From positions 24,868-88,867 of the forward strand of contig CAZAEK010000008.1 in the NCBI GenBank assembly GCA_964484125.1: a DNA stretch of 64,000 nt, read 5' to 3'. This document shows, piece by piece, positions 18,732 through 27,364 of this stretch (its first letter is position 1; every line of letters begins with the position of its first letter). A program made the position numbers and the translations under genes. The notes beneath the pieces are model-generated. The model worked only from the letters and a program-made list of their open reading frames with translations. It made no database searches and was not told where the DNA came from. Source of the stretch: an uncultured Ignavibacterium sp. (lineage in GTDB: Bacteria > Bacteroidota > Ignavibacteria > Tepidaquicellales > Tepidaquicellaceae).

Positions 18732-20586
18732 AACACTGATTTCAATATTGTATTTATTAATTTTTTTTGTTTTAATAATATTCATTGTTTCTTCATCTGT
18801 ACAGGTTAAGGCAAAATATTCAGACGATTGTCTTGCATGTCACGAAGATAAAGACCTTATAATGGAGAAAAACGGGAGAAAAATTTCACTTTATGTAAAT
18901 CCTTCAGTTTATAAAGCATCAGTTCACGGAGGTGCTGATTGTAAAGATTGTCATCAGGGTTACAATCCTGAAGAAATACCTCATAATCCGAAAAGTAAAG
19001 GTGTTAATTGTAATGAATGTCATGATATAAAAAAGAACACTTCCTCTGTTCATAATAATGTAAAGTGTTATTCCTGCCACGGTTATCATGACGTTGTTAC
19101 TGCAAAAGAATTTGCCAAGTCAGATAATTGTATAAATTGCCATAATACAAAAAGCATAACTTCATTCAAACAATCAGTTCATTTCAGAAAAAATATTTCC
19201 TGTGATAAATGTCATAAAGGTGGGCATGAAGTAATAAAAATTTCAAAGTCAGAATCAACAAGACTATGCTCTCAATGTCATAGAAATGCATTTAACGAAG
19301 TAAATAACAGTGTACACAAGCAGGCAAGCGGAAAAGGGCAAACGCCTGTATGCGTTGACTGTCATGGATATCACAGTATAAATACAAACAGACTTAGCAT
19401 AGAAGCACAGTCGTGCTATAAATGCCACCTCAATGAAAAAATGTTCCCCGGTAAAGAAAAGGGTTCTGCAGATTTTGTAGCACAATACGAAAAAAGTGTT
19501 CATAATTCAGTAAGAAAAAACGGAATCCCTGCGGCTTCATGTACAGATTGTCATGGAGACCATTTGATTAAGGGTTCAAAAGACTTAGAGACTAAAGATG
19601 GAATTCTGGAGTCATGTATAAGATGCCATGATAAAGCAGTAAAAGAATTCAGGATGTCAAAACACGGCAATAATGTTGAAAAAAGTCCGGGAAATCCGTT
19701 TGAATGTACTGATTGTCATGGAGAGCACGGAATTTTAGCCGTTAAACTCGATAGTAAACTTTCGAAACTTATGCAAACCGATATGTGTCTTGAATGTCAT
19801 AAAGACAATAAGTTTCAATCGAAATTTAAACCCGGAACGGAATTACACATTAACGATTATTTGAATAGTGCACACTATATAAAGCTGAGAGAAGGAAATC
19901 CAAATGCCGCATCTTGTACCGATTGTCATGGCTCGCATGCGATGTTAAATGCACTTGATCCCAATTCTCCAATAAATCCTAAAAACATTTCCTCAACTTG
20001 CGGACAAAGTAATTGTCATAATAAAATATATAATGAATATAAAGGTTCAATACACGATGTCTCAGTTCAGACGAAAGAAAAATCTGATGCTCCGACTTGC
20101 GTAAATTGTCACGGTAGTCACGGACTTCTTAAAAAAGATGACCCGGCTAATCCTTTAGCAAAACCAAATGGAGTTGTGCAGTTATGTTCTGATTGTCATG
20201 CTTCGGTCAGGATTGTAGAAAATAATAATCTTCCAAAAGGTATAGTAACAGACTTTAATTCAAGTTTCCATGGACTCGCATTAAGAGGTGGTTCACAGGA
20301 GGCAGCAGATTGCGGAAGTTGTCACGGTGTTCACAATGTTCGTCCGTCTTCAGATCCTATGTCAAGTATTCACGATAATAACTTACCGCAGACCTGTGGT
20401 AAATGCCATCCTGGTGCAACACTTGCAACGTTTAAGACTCCTATACACCTTGTAGAAAGTGCAGAAGAAAATGTTATACTAAAATGGGTTAAAATATTAT
20501 ATACATTTTTAATAATTGCAATAATTGGATTTATGGTATTACATAATATTTTTGATTTTATTAAGAAATTAAGGACTAAACATTAA
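18721..20586 (+). CDS. Membrane-anchored multihaem cytochrome c (18 CXXCH + 1 CX4CH)
   Basis: I counted 18 CXXCH motifs plus CGQSNCH. Seven occur as CxxCHGxH, alternating with SVH...CxxCH units. The N-terminal signal/anchor is MRFKTLISILYLLIFF... and the C-terminal TM is ILYTFLIIAIIGFMVL. The ATG at 18721 is preferred over the GTG at 18670. Confidence 0.85.
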   Translation: MRFKTLISILYLLIFFVLIIFIVSSSVQVKAKYSDDCLACHEDKDLIMEKNGRKISLYVNPSVYKASVHGGADCKDCHQGYNPEEIPHNPKSKGVNCNECHDIKKNTSSVHNNVKCYSCHGYHDVVTAKEFAKSDNCINCHNTKSITSFKQSVHFRKNISCDKCHKGGHEVIKISKSESTRLCSQCHRNAFNEVNNSVHKQASGKGQTPVCVDCHGYHSINTNRLSIEAQSCYKCHLNEKMFPGKEKGSADFVAQYEKSVHNSVRKNGIPAASCTDCHGDHLIKGSKDLETKDGILESCIRCHDKAVKEFRMSKHGNNVEKSPGNPFECTDCHGEHGILAVKLDSKLSKLMQTDMCLECHKDNKFQSKFKPGTELHINDYLNSAHYIKLREGNPNAASCTDCHGSHAMLNALDPNSPINPKNISSTCGQSNCHNKIYNEYKGSIHDVSVQTKEKSDAPTCVNCHGSHGLLKKDDPANPLAKPNGVVQLCSDCHASVRIVENNNLPKGIVTDFNSSFHGLALRGGSQEAADCGSCHGVHNVRPSSDPMSSIHDNNLPQTCGKCHPGATLATFKTPIHLVESAEENVILKWVKILYTFLIIAIIGFMVLHNIFDFIKKLRTKH

Positions 20587-21284
20587 TGAATACTTCATCC
20601 GGGAAAAAATATTTAAGAATGTCATTAAATGAAAGAATACAGCATATTCTTTTATTAACTACATTTATTACATTAGTTATTACAGGTTTCGGTTTACTTT
20701 ATCCTGAAGCTTTTTGGGTAAAATGGATAGTAGCTATTGTAGGGCAAAATGCATTTGAGGCAAGAGGTGTTGTTCATAGAATTGCAGCAGTTGTTATGGT
20801 TATAGCTTCAGTTTATCATATTTTATATGTAGTATTTACTAAAAGAGGCAGAAGGTTTGTAATTGATATGTGGTTTAAAATTCAGGATATCAAAGATATG
20901 TTTTCATACCTGAAATACATTGTTGGATTATCAAAAGAAAAACCGAAATTCGGAAGGTTCAGCTATATTGAAAAAATGGAGTATTGGGCAGTTGTATGGG
21001 GTACAGTAGTTATGGGTGCTACAGGCGGAGTACTATGGTTTGAAAATGAATTTCTACCGATAATCGGAATGGATGGAATGTACATAGCAACAGCAATACA
21101 TCTTTACGAAGCAATACTCGCATCATTGGCAATACTTGTCTGGCATTTTTATTTTATTTTTATAAATCCTGATGTATTTCCGATGAATAAGGCATGGATA
21201 ACAGGTTACCTCACACATGAGCAAATGAAACACGAGCATCCTTTGGAACTTGAACAAATTGAATCTGGTAACATAAAAAATTAA
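20586..21284 (+). CDS. Membrane b-type cytochrome, FdnI/HydC/PhsC-like (4 TM, conserved His pairs)
   Basis: Four hydrophobic helices carry His residues (RIQHILLL, VHRIAAV...YHILY, AIHLYEA...VWHFYF). The TAATG junction overlaps the upstream cytochrome c gene. Confidence 0.65.
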   Translation: MNTSSGKKYLRMSLNERIQHILLLTTFITLVITGFGLLYPEAFWVKWIVAIVGQNAFEARGVVHRIAAVVMVIASVYHILYVVFTKRGRRFVIDMWFKIQDIKDMFSYLKYIVGLSKEKPKFGRFSYIEKMEYWAVVWGTVVMGATGGVLWFENEFLPIIGMDGMYIATAIHLYEAILASLAILVWHFYFIFINPDVFPMNKAWITGYLTHEQMKHEHPLELEQIESGNIKN

Positions 21285-21356
21285 CTTAATTTTACACTTG
21301 AATATAAAGATAAAAATATCTTATTTTCCATTAACCAAATTAACTAAAAAACTCCT

Positions 21357-21914
21357 ATGAAGGGCAAACAAACACTATTGACAATCACTGTAGTTGCGGC
21401 TATCGTACTTTCCTTCTCTGCATTTAATTTCTACCATGGTGTGGGACAGTTTAAATACGTTGGCGTGACAAAATGTGTGGGCGCATGTCATAAAACAGAC
21501 GCTCAGGGAAAACAGCTTGATATCTGGAAGAACTCAAAACATTCAATGGCATACAAAACCCTTGAAACTCCTGAAGCAGATAAGATTGCAAAGGAAAAGG
21601 GTTTTGAAACTAAAGCAGCCGAAACTCCAAACTGTCTTAAATGTCACGTACTCGGTAAAGATATGGACCCCTCAGAATTTACAGAGACATTTGATAAAAA
21701 AGATGGAGTTCAGTGTGAAAGCTGTCATGGTCCCGGCTCTGAGTATAAGACAATGTCAATTATGAAAGACAAACAAAAATCAATTGAAAATGGACTTATT
21801 GTCCACACAGAAAAAGAAGCTTTTTGCACAAACTGTCATAATGCAGAGAGCCCAACTTTTAAAGGATTTGAGTACGACAAGATGTGGGATGCAATAAAAC
21901 ATCCAAAGCCGTAA
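21357..21914 (+). CDS. Small periplasmic multihaem cytochrome c (3 CXXCH + 1 CX3CH), cytochrome c554-family-like
   Basis: It has a signal peptide and the motifs CVGACH, CLKCH, CESCH and CTNCH. 185 aa. Confidence 0.7.
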   Translation: MKGKQTLLTITVVAAIVLSFSAFNFYHGVGQFKYVGVTKCVGACHKTDAQGKQLDIWKNSKHSMAYKTLETPEADKIAKEKGFETKAAETPNCLKCHVLGKDMDPSEFTETFDKKDGVQCESCHGPGSEYKTMSIMKDKQKSIENGLIVHTEKEAFCTNCHNAESPTFKGFEYDKMWDAIKHPKP

Positions 21915-21941
21915 TTTATTTTTGATAGTTAATAAGTCATT

Positions 21942-21966
21942 CCCGTTCCGGGAAAGCCGGAACGGG
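21942..21966 (+). other. Intra-operon GC-rich hairpin (attenuator or RNA-stability element)
   Basis: CCCGTTCCGG-gaaag-CCGGAACGGG is a perfect 10-bp stem with no clear T tract after it. Confidence 0.4.
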
Positions 21967-21993
21967 TAAATTATTAAAAACCGTATTATAAAT

Positions 21994-23298
21994 ATGATGA
22001 GAAAATTTATCTACTTTTTAATTCCTCTTTTTGTGGTTCTCTTCACTTCTACAGGTTTATATTCTCAAACTGTTAATGCAAGGTTCAGCACTTCTTTTTA
22101 TACCTGGGAAAGATATGACTCAATCGGTTCTGAATCTTCCACTAAACATTTGAGGGCATACCAGAATATTCTGCTTGATGTCTCGCAGAAAAAATGGTCT
22201 TTCAATACCAATGCTCAGCTTGAAGGGGATATAATAGAAAAATCCGGAAGAGGATTTAGCTACAGATTTTATAGTCTGTATATTAAAGGGTCAAACCTGT
22301 TTGATGTAATGGATGTCAGACTCGGAAGGCAATATGTCTCAGCCGGTGTTGGCAGGGGATATATTGACGGAGCACATCTGAAATTCAAACTCGGTAAAAG
22401 TAAAGAGTATCAACTTACTGCATACGGAGGCGGACTTTCACCACTCTCATACGATTTCGATTATGGAGAAAAATATCAATTAAAAGATAATTTTTCCATT
22501 GGTGCGATGTTTCAGTATTACGGTGTAAAAGACTTAATGCTTGGTGTAAGTTATTATAACAAACACAGAGCCGTACCGAGTTACTATGCCCCAAGACTTG
22601 ACAGCGCTCTTTTTACAAAGATTGTTGAAATTCAAACTGAGCCATTTGCTGATCAACTCGCAGGATTTGATTTTTCTTTTTTCAAGCCATCTTATCAGGC
22701 AATGGGAAAGGTTTACTATGATATAAACCTTAAAAAACTTTACAGGGCTGATTTGAATGCGGGTTTTAATGTTGCCGAAAATCTGCGTTTTAATTTCGGA
22801 TTTTTATATCGCGAACCACAGATAAGCTATAATACCATTTTCTGGGTTTTTCAGCATAAGCCGCTTTCCGAATTTGAAGCAGGATTGGATTATACACTTC
22901 TTAAAAAATATAATATATATTTCAAGGTTTCTGACGTGATGTATGATAACGATAATTCTGCAAAATTCTCATTTGGCTTTTCACATGCAAACTATGGAAT
23001 TTCATTTGTAAAATATACTGGTTATGCAGGAGAGTCTGACGGAGCATTTGGTTATTTCAATTATGAGTTGCTGAGGTCAAAACTTGCAATAACATCAGGT
23101 CTTAATTATTCCAACTATAGTATTAAAAATTATTCTGAAGATAAAGTAAGTGCGTTTTCAGGAATTCTCGGATTAGTTTACAGGCCTGTTGACCATTTCA
23201 CCATTGATTTACAGGGACAGATTATTACGAACAAAATTTATAAGACGGATACAAGAATATTGCTTGGTTTTAATTACTGGTTATTTAAGAAATTTTAA
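21994..23298 (+). CDS. Outer-membrane beta-barrel (porin-like) protein of the cytochrome locus
   Basis: Signal peptide MMRKFIYFLIPLFVVLFTSTGLYSQ. Strands are amphipathic and Tyr/Gly-rich throughout. The C-terminus ...GFNYWLFKKF ends in Phe (OMP signature). Confidence 0.65.
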   Translation: MMRKFIYFLIPLFVVLFTSTGLYSQTVNARFSTSFYTWERYDSIGSESSTKHLRAYQNILLDVSQKKWSFNTNAQLEGDIIEKSGRGFSYRFYSLYIKGSNLFDVMDVRLGRQYVSAGVGRGYIDGAHLKFKLGKSKEYQLTAYGGGLSPLSYDFDYGEKYQLKDNFSIGAMFQYYGVKDLMLGVSYYNKHRAVPSYYAPRLDSALFTKIVEIQTEPFADQLAGFDFSFFKPSYQAMGKVYYDINLKKLYRADLNAGFNVAENLRFNFGFLYREPQISYNTIFWVFQHKPLSEFEAGLDYTLLKKYNIYFKVSDVMYDNDNSAKFSFGFSHANYGISFVKYTGYAGESDGAFGYFNYELLRSKLAITSGLNYSNYSIKNYSEDKVSAFSGILGLVYRPVDHFTIDLQGQIITNKIYKTDTRILLGFNYWLFKKF

Positions 23299-23309
23299 AA
23301 TTCAACATT

Positions 23310-24569
23310 ATGAGAATTATGAAATTTTACACTTTGCTGATTACATGTCTGACTTTTTTCGTTACTATAACTGCCTATAATTTTTATTCGGGCGGGACAG
23401 TTACCTCAAAAAGTATTTTTACAAAACACGTAATAGCAAAGGACAATCCTGATAACAGGACAATTATCAAATTCAATCACTCTAAACATCTGAAAGACGC
23501 AGGGGTACAATGTACTGATTGTCATACTAAAGCTCCAAATTCTGTTAATGCCCTCGAAAGTCTTGTCCCGGTAAAAGCTGCCTGTGCAAACTGTCATGAT
23601 GTTGAAAATAAAAATGAATGCAGTCTATGTCATTTTGAAGGAGTTTTTAAAAAGCTTGTTCCAACTCTCAAGGAATTACATTTCAGCCATAAGAAACATG
23701 TAAAAGACAGTAAAATGCAATGCCTTGATTGCCATAGAAATATGCCCGAGTATAAATATTCAAGTGATAATCCTCAAAAATATCCGGAAATGGAAATATG
23801 TGCCAAATGTCATAACGATGTAGAAGCGACAATGAGCTGTGAGAAATGTCATACAAATCTGACTAATCTGAAACCGATGAATCATCTTCAGTCAAACTTT
23901 CTCAATGAGCATAAATGGGTATTTGAAGCTTCAAATGAAAAAAATAATTGTATGATGTGCCATTCGGATAATTTCTGTCAGGTTTGCCACAGTGCCGGGA
24001 AATATAACGGTTCGAATACAAAAAAAGATTTTTATGCCCCTTATTGGACAAAGAATTCAGGTACAAGAATTGACAGAGCGGAATTACAAAAACTAAATAC
24101 AGTTCATACTCTTAATTACCTTTATACTCACGGAATAGAAGCATTACATAAATCTTATGAGTGTAAAACCTGTCATGATCCGGTAGAGTTCTGTTCTGCC
24201 TGCCATAAGACGGGCGGTAATCTTGTAACTGGTTTCATGCCCAAAAGCCATCTTGTACCAAATTTCAAAACTTTCGGTGTAGGAACAGGTGGCGGATTAC
24301 ACGCTGAACTTGCAAGAAAGGATATTGAATCATGTCAGGCATGTCATGATGTGAACGGCGGTGATCAGATCTGTATAAAGTGTCATTTCGATAATGATGG
24401 AGTGAAAGGTACGAATCCCAGAACACATGAATGGGGATTTATGAAAGATGAAAAAGGAATCTGGCACGAAACACAGGGAGCTATTTGTTTCAGATGCCAT
24501 ACTGATGCAAATGCAAGACCAAATGGAATAGCCGGAATAGGATTCTGTGGCTATTGCCATGGTAAATAA
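23310..24569 (+). CDS. Multihaem cytochrome c (14 CXXCH)
   Basis: I counted 14 CXXCH motifs. It has an N-terminal hydrophobic signal/anchor. 419 aa. Confidence 0.85.
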   Translation: MRIMKFYTLLITCLTFFVTITAYNFYSGGTVTSKSIFTKHVIAKDNPDNRTIIKFNHSKHLKDAGVQCTDCHTKAPNSVNALESLVPVKAACANCHDVENKNECSLCHFEGVFKKLVPTLKELHFSHKKHVKDSKMQCLDCHRNMPEYKYSSDNPQKYPEMEICAKCHNDVEATMSCEKCHTNLTNLKPMNHLQSNFLNEHKWVFEASNEKNNCMMCHSDNFCQVCHSAGKYNGSNTKKDFYAPYWTKNSGTRIDRAELQKLNTVHTLNYLYTHGIEALHKSYECKTCHDPVEFCSACHKTGGNLVTGFMPKSHLVPNFKTFGVGTGGGLHAELARKDIESCQACHDVNGGDQICIKCHFDNDGVKGTNPRTHEWGFMKDEKGIWHETQGAICFRCHTDANARPNGIAGIGFCGYCHGK

Positions 24570-24609
24570 ATAAAATTAATAATAAAAGTTAATTGAATAT
24601 TTAGTCAAT

Positions 24610-25482
24610 ATGAAAAAAAATAATCTTTTATATCTTCTTTTAATACCTGTGGTTATAATAATAATTACTTTATATAGCTGCAGTAAACTGGAAGATAATC
24701 TTGTAAATGCTCCTAAGGCAGGAATACATCCCGAGGGCTGGACCAACCCTGTAAATGAAAATTTTCACGGAAAGTATTTTTACTCGAATAAATGGGATTT
24801 TAAATTTTGTACACAATGTCACGGTGCTGATTATAATGGAGGTAACACGGGTAAAAGCTGTAATGATCCTGCATGCCATGGAAGTTCAACACCTGAAGAT
24901 TGCAGACTATGCCATGGAGACAGGAGTACTACAATTTTCCCGCCTGTTGGACTAAATGGCTCAACCTCAGTTACTTATATTGGTGTTGGTACTCATAACA
25001 CACATTTGAACAAAGATAGTACTCTCAGGAATTCAGCAAGAGTAAGATGTGTTTCATGCCACCCTTCTATAACAGGTTTTTATGACCCGAAACATATTGG
25101 TACGAATCCGGATAACATTGCTGATGTTGTATTTGATTCTCTTTCCAAAACCTCAACAGACGGAATAACTCCAAACCCTGTCTGGAATAGAAATAATCCA
25201 CAGTCATGCTCAGAGACTTATTGTCATGGAAATTTCAAAAATGGAAATTACAGACTAAATCCTGCTTCAATGATTAATCCTTCCTGGACAGATCCTAATT
25301 CTGTATATTGTGGTACCTGCCATGGAAATCCGGGAACAGGAAATCCTCTGCCGGGCGGTACACACCTGCAGGGATTTACAATTTATAATTGCTATTTCTG
25401 CCATGGTTCGGTTATCAGCAATACAGGAAATATTATAAATAAATCAAAACATATAAACGGAATCGTTAATATGAATCAGTAA
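24610..25482 (+). CDS. Lipoprotein multihaem cytochrome c (5 CXXCH + 2 CX4CH; CxxxxCH...CxxCH paired units)
   Basis: Lipobox ...ITLYSC. The units CNDPACH-x7-CRLCH and CSETYCH-x26-CGTCH resemble the Geobacter CxxxxCH/CxxCH domain (TIGR01904, recalled from memory). Confidence 0.75.
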   Translation: MKKNNLLYLLLIPVVIIIITLYSCSKLEDNLVNAPKAGIHPEGWTNPVNENFHGKYFYSNKWDFKFCTQCHGADYNGGNTGKSCNDPACHGSSTPEDCRLCHGDRSTTIFPPVGLNGSTSVTYIGVGTHNTHLNKDSTLRNSARVRCVSCHPSITGFYDPKHIGTNPDNIADVVFDSLSKTSTDGITPNPVWNRNNPQSCSETYCHGNFKNGNYRLNPASMINPSWTDPNSVYCGTCHGNPGTGNPLPGGTHLQGFTIYNCYFCHGSVISNTGNIINKSKHINGIVNMNQ

Positions 25483-25511
25483 ATATATATTTCATCAAGA
25501 TTTAATTAAAA

Positions 25512-25541
25512 AGAGGTTGCCCAAAAGTAGCCTCTTTTTTT
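25512..25541 (+). terminator. Rho-independent terminator candidate
   Basis: AAGAGGTT-10 nt-AGCCTCTT, followed by a T run. Confidence 0.5.
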
Positions 25542-25567
25542 ATTAAATTTTATATACCTTATTAAAC

Positions 25568-25587
25568 ACGGGGTATTTTTCCACACA
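25568..25587. promoter_or_regulatory. Candidate upstream activator site (inverted copy of the 16847 motif)
   Basis: The reverse complement GTGTGGAAAAATACCCCGTG matches GTGTGGAATAATTCCTCATG at 16 of 20 positions. It lies about 80 nt upstream of the second -24 element. Confidence 0.3.
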
Positions 25588-25664
25588 AAGAAAATTTATT
25601 GTCCAAATATACCCATAAAAAGTAAACCTGAATTTTATTTCTTTAAAAAATTATAAATTTAATT

Positions 25665-25680
25665 TGGCACAAAAATTGAT
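25665..25680 (+). promoter_or_regulatory. Sigma-54 (-24/-12) promoter
   Basis: TGGCAC-aaaaa-TTGAT has one mismatch at -12. It lies about 45 nt upstream of the ATG at 25725, which has a GGAGG SD. Confidence 0.6.
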
Positions 25681-25724
25681 ATGTATGTCTAAAATTATCT
25701 TTTAAAAATAAACGGAGGTCACTA

Positions 25725-27119
25725 ATGAAAAGATATTTTTCGTTTTTTTTGATAGTTTCAATAATCTTCATTTCTGAGTCTCTATTCTCGCAGTCAACAA
25801 GTTTTCATATGTTGAGAAAAGGACATGCAAATTTTTATGCTTCAACAAATGGTGGATTTGAAACTATATCAAATATTCCGATTAATGCTCTGCGCTGTTT
25901 GAAATGTCATCCGGGCAAATTGGCAAATAATACACCAATTGATACTGCAACTTATGCACCTTCCTGCAATGATTGCCATAATTTTTCTGCAGGAACTTCA
26001 GTGCCAGATACAATATGTCTGAGATGTCACAGCAGGCAAAAAGTTGAAAGAGCAAATTTCACAGACAAACACAGATCTGCAGGAATGACTTGCGTAACCT
26101 GTCATATTAAGGATGAACTACATGCAGATGCAACTCCTTATTTTTCAGGGTTCGATACTATTCAGGGTAAAACATGTACAACAGTTGGTTGTCATAACAA
26201 CGTCCCTGTAACTCCTGACGATTCACTTGCTCACGCAATTCACAACAGCAAGCTCGAATGTGCCACATGCCATGCAAGGTCTCAGATAACCTGTTACAAC
26301 TGCCACTTTGAAACAGAAATCTGGCAGGGAATGAGAGGATTTAAAAGACCAATTGGCCAATATAAAGGTTTCATAATGCTCGGAAGATATACCAAAACCG
26401 GAAAGGTAGGTATTGTCAATTATCAGTCAATTATCTATCAGGGCAATAAAACATTTAATGCATGGGGTCCGTATTATCCTCATACGATAATGCCAAAGGA
26501 TTCAACACGCGGCTGCTCCGAATGTCACAACGCTCCAACTATTCAGGAATACAATACAACAACAAAAATCGTTGTTGCAAAATGGGATTCTACTCTTACA
26601 CCAAAGAAAATAGTTCACACTCAGGGAATGATTCCTGTTCCACCTGATTATTTAACTTCTTTGGTTTTTGATTTTGCAAACTATATTGGCAGAGTTGATA
26701 CAACATATACAGACCCGACCAAATGGGTATATGCCAAAACCGGTTTAACAGGAAATCAGATGCTATCGAGATATGTAATGCCTTTAACTGCGGCACAGAT
26801 GACGGCACTTGGCTCAACTATCGGTATCACACCAATCAGCACCGAGGTACCAGGTAATTTTGAATTATTCCAAAACTATCCAAATCCGTTCAACCCGAGC
26901 ACAGTTATCAAATTTAATATTGCAAAGACTGCAAACGTTTCGATAAATGTATATAATTCACTTGGTAAACTTGTTACAACATTAGTATCGCAGAAATTGA
27001 ATTCGGGTACATATCAGGTTGATTTTGATGGCAAAGAACTTTCCAGTGGTATTTATTTCTACACAATGAATATTGACGGAAAGGTATCAGCTGCTAAAAA
27101 GATGCTGTTGGTAAAGTAA
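25725..27119 (+). CDS. Multihaem cytochrome c (7 CXXCH + 1 CX4CH) with T9SS C-terminal sorting domain
   Basis: It has a signal peptide and the motifs CLKCH, CNDCH, CLRCH, CVTCH, CTTVGCH, CATCH, CYNCH and CSECH. The C-terminus is FQNYPNPFNPSTVIKFNI...GIYFYTMNIDGKVSAAKKMLLVK. Confidence 0.85.
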   Translation: MKRYFSFFLIVSIIFISESLFSQSTSFHMLRKGHANFYASTNGGFETISNIPINALRCLKCHPGKLANNTPIDTATYAPSCNDCHNFSAGTSVPDTICLRCHSRQKVERANFTDKHRSAGMTCVTCHIKDELHADATPYFSGFDTIQGKTCTTVGCHNNVPVTPDDSLAHAIHNSKLECATCHARSQITCYNCHFETEIWQGMRGFKRPIGQYKGFIMLGRYTKTGKVGIVNYQSIIYQGNKTFNAWGPYYPHTIMPKDSTRGCSECHNAPTIQEYNTTTKIVVAKWDSTLTPKKIVHTQGMIPVPPDYLTSLVFDFANYIGRVDTTYTDPTKWVYAKTGLTGNQMLSRYVMPLTAAQMTALGSTIGITPISTEVPGNFELFQNYPNPFNPSTVIKFNIAKTANVSINVYNSLGKLVTTLVSQKLNSGTYQVDFDGKELSSGIYFYTMNIDGKVSAAKKMLLVK

Positions 27120-27148
27120 GATTGAACATTTTTTCATATTTTTAAAAA

Positions 27149-27189
27149 GAGACCGGTTCCGATATTTGTCGGGACCGGTCTCAGTTTTT
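27149..27189 (+). terminator. Strong rho-independent terminator
   Basis: GAGACCGGTTCCG-atatttgt-CGGGACCGGTCTC is a 13-bp stem with one G-U, followed by AGTTTTT. Confidence 0.8.
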
Positions 27190-27364
27190 AGGAATATTAC
27201 AAATTATTCTGTTATTTTAACAAAAAAACAAATCAGAATTATTAATAAAGTATTTTTGTTTAGTATTTTGAATAAGATATATACAAATTTGTTTTCTAAT
27301 TGTTTATTATATTTGCTAAAAAAATTATTTTAAGTATATTTATCGCAATAAAAATTTAATATAG

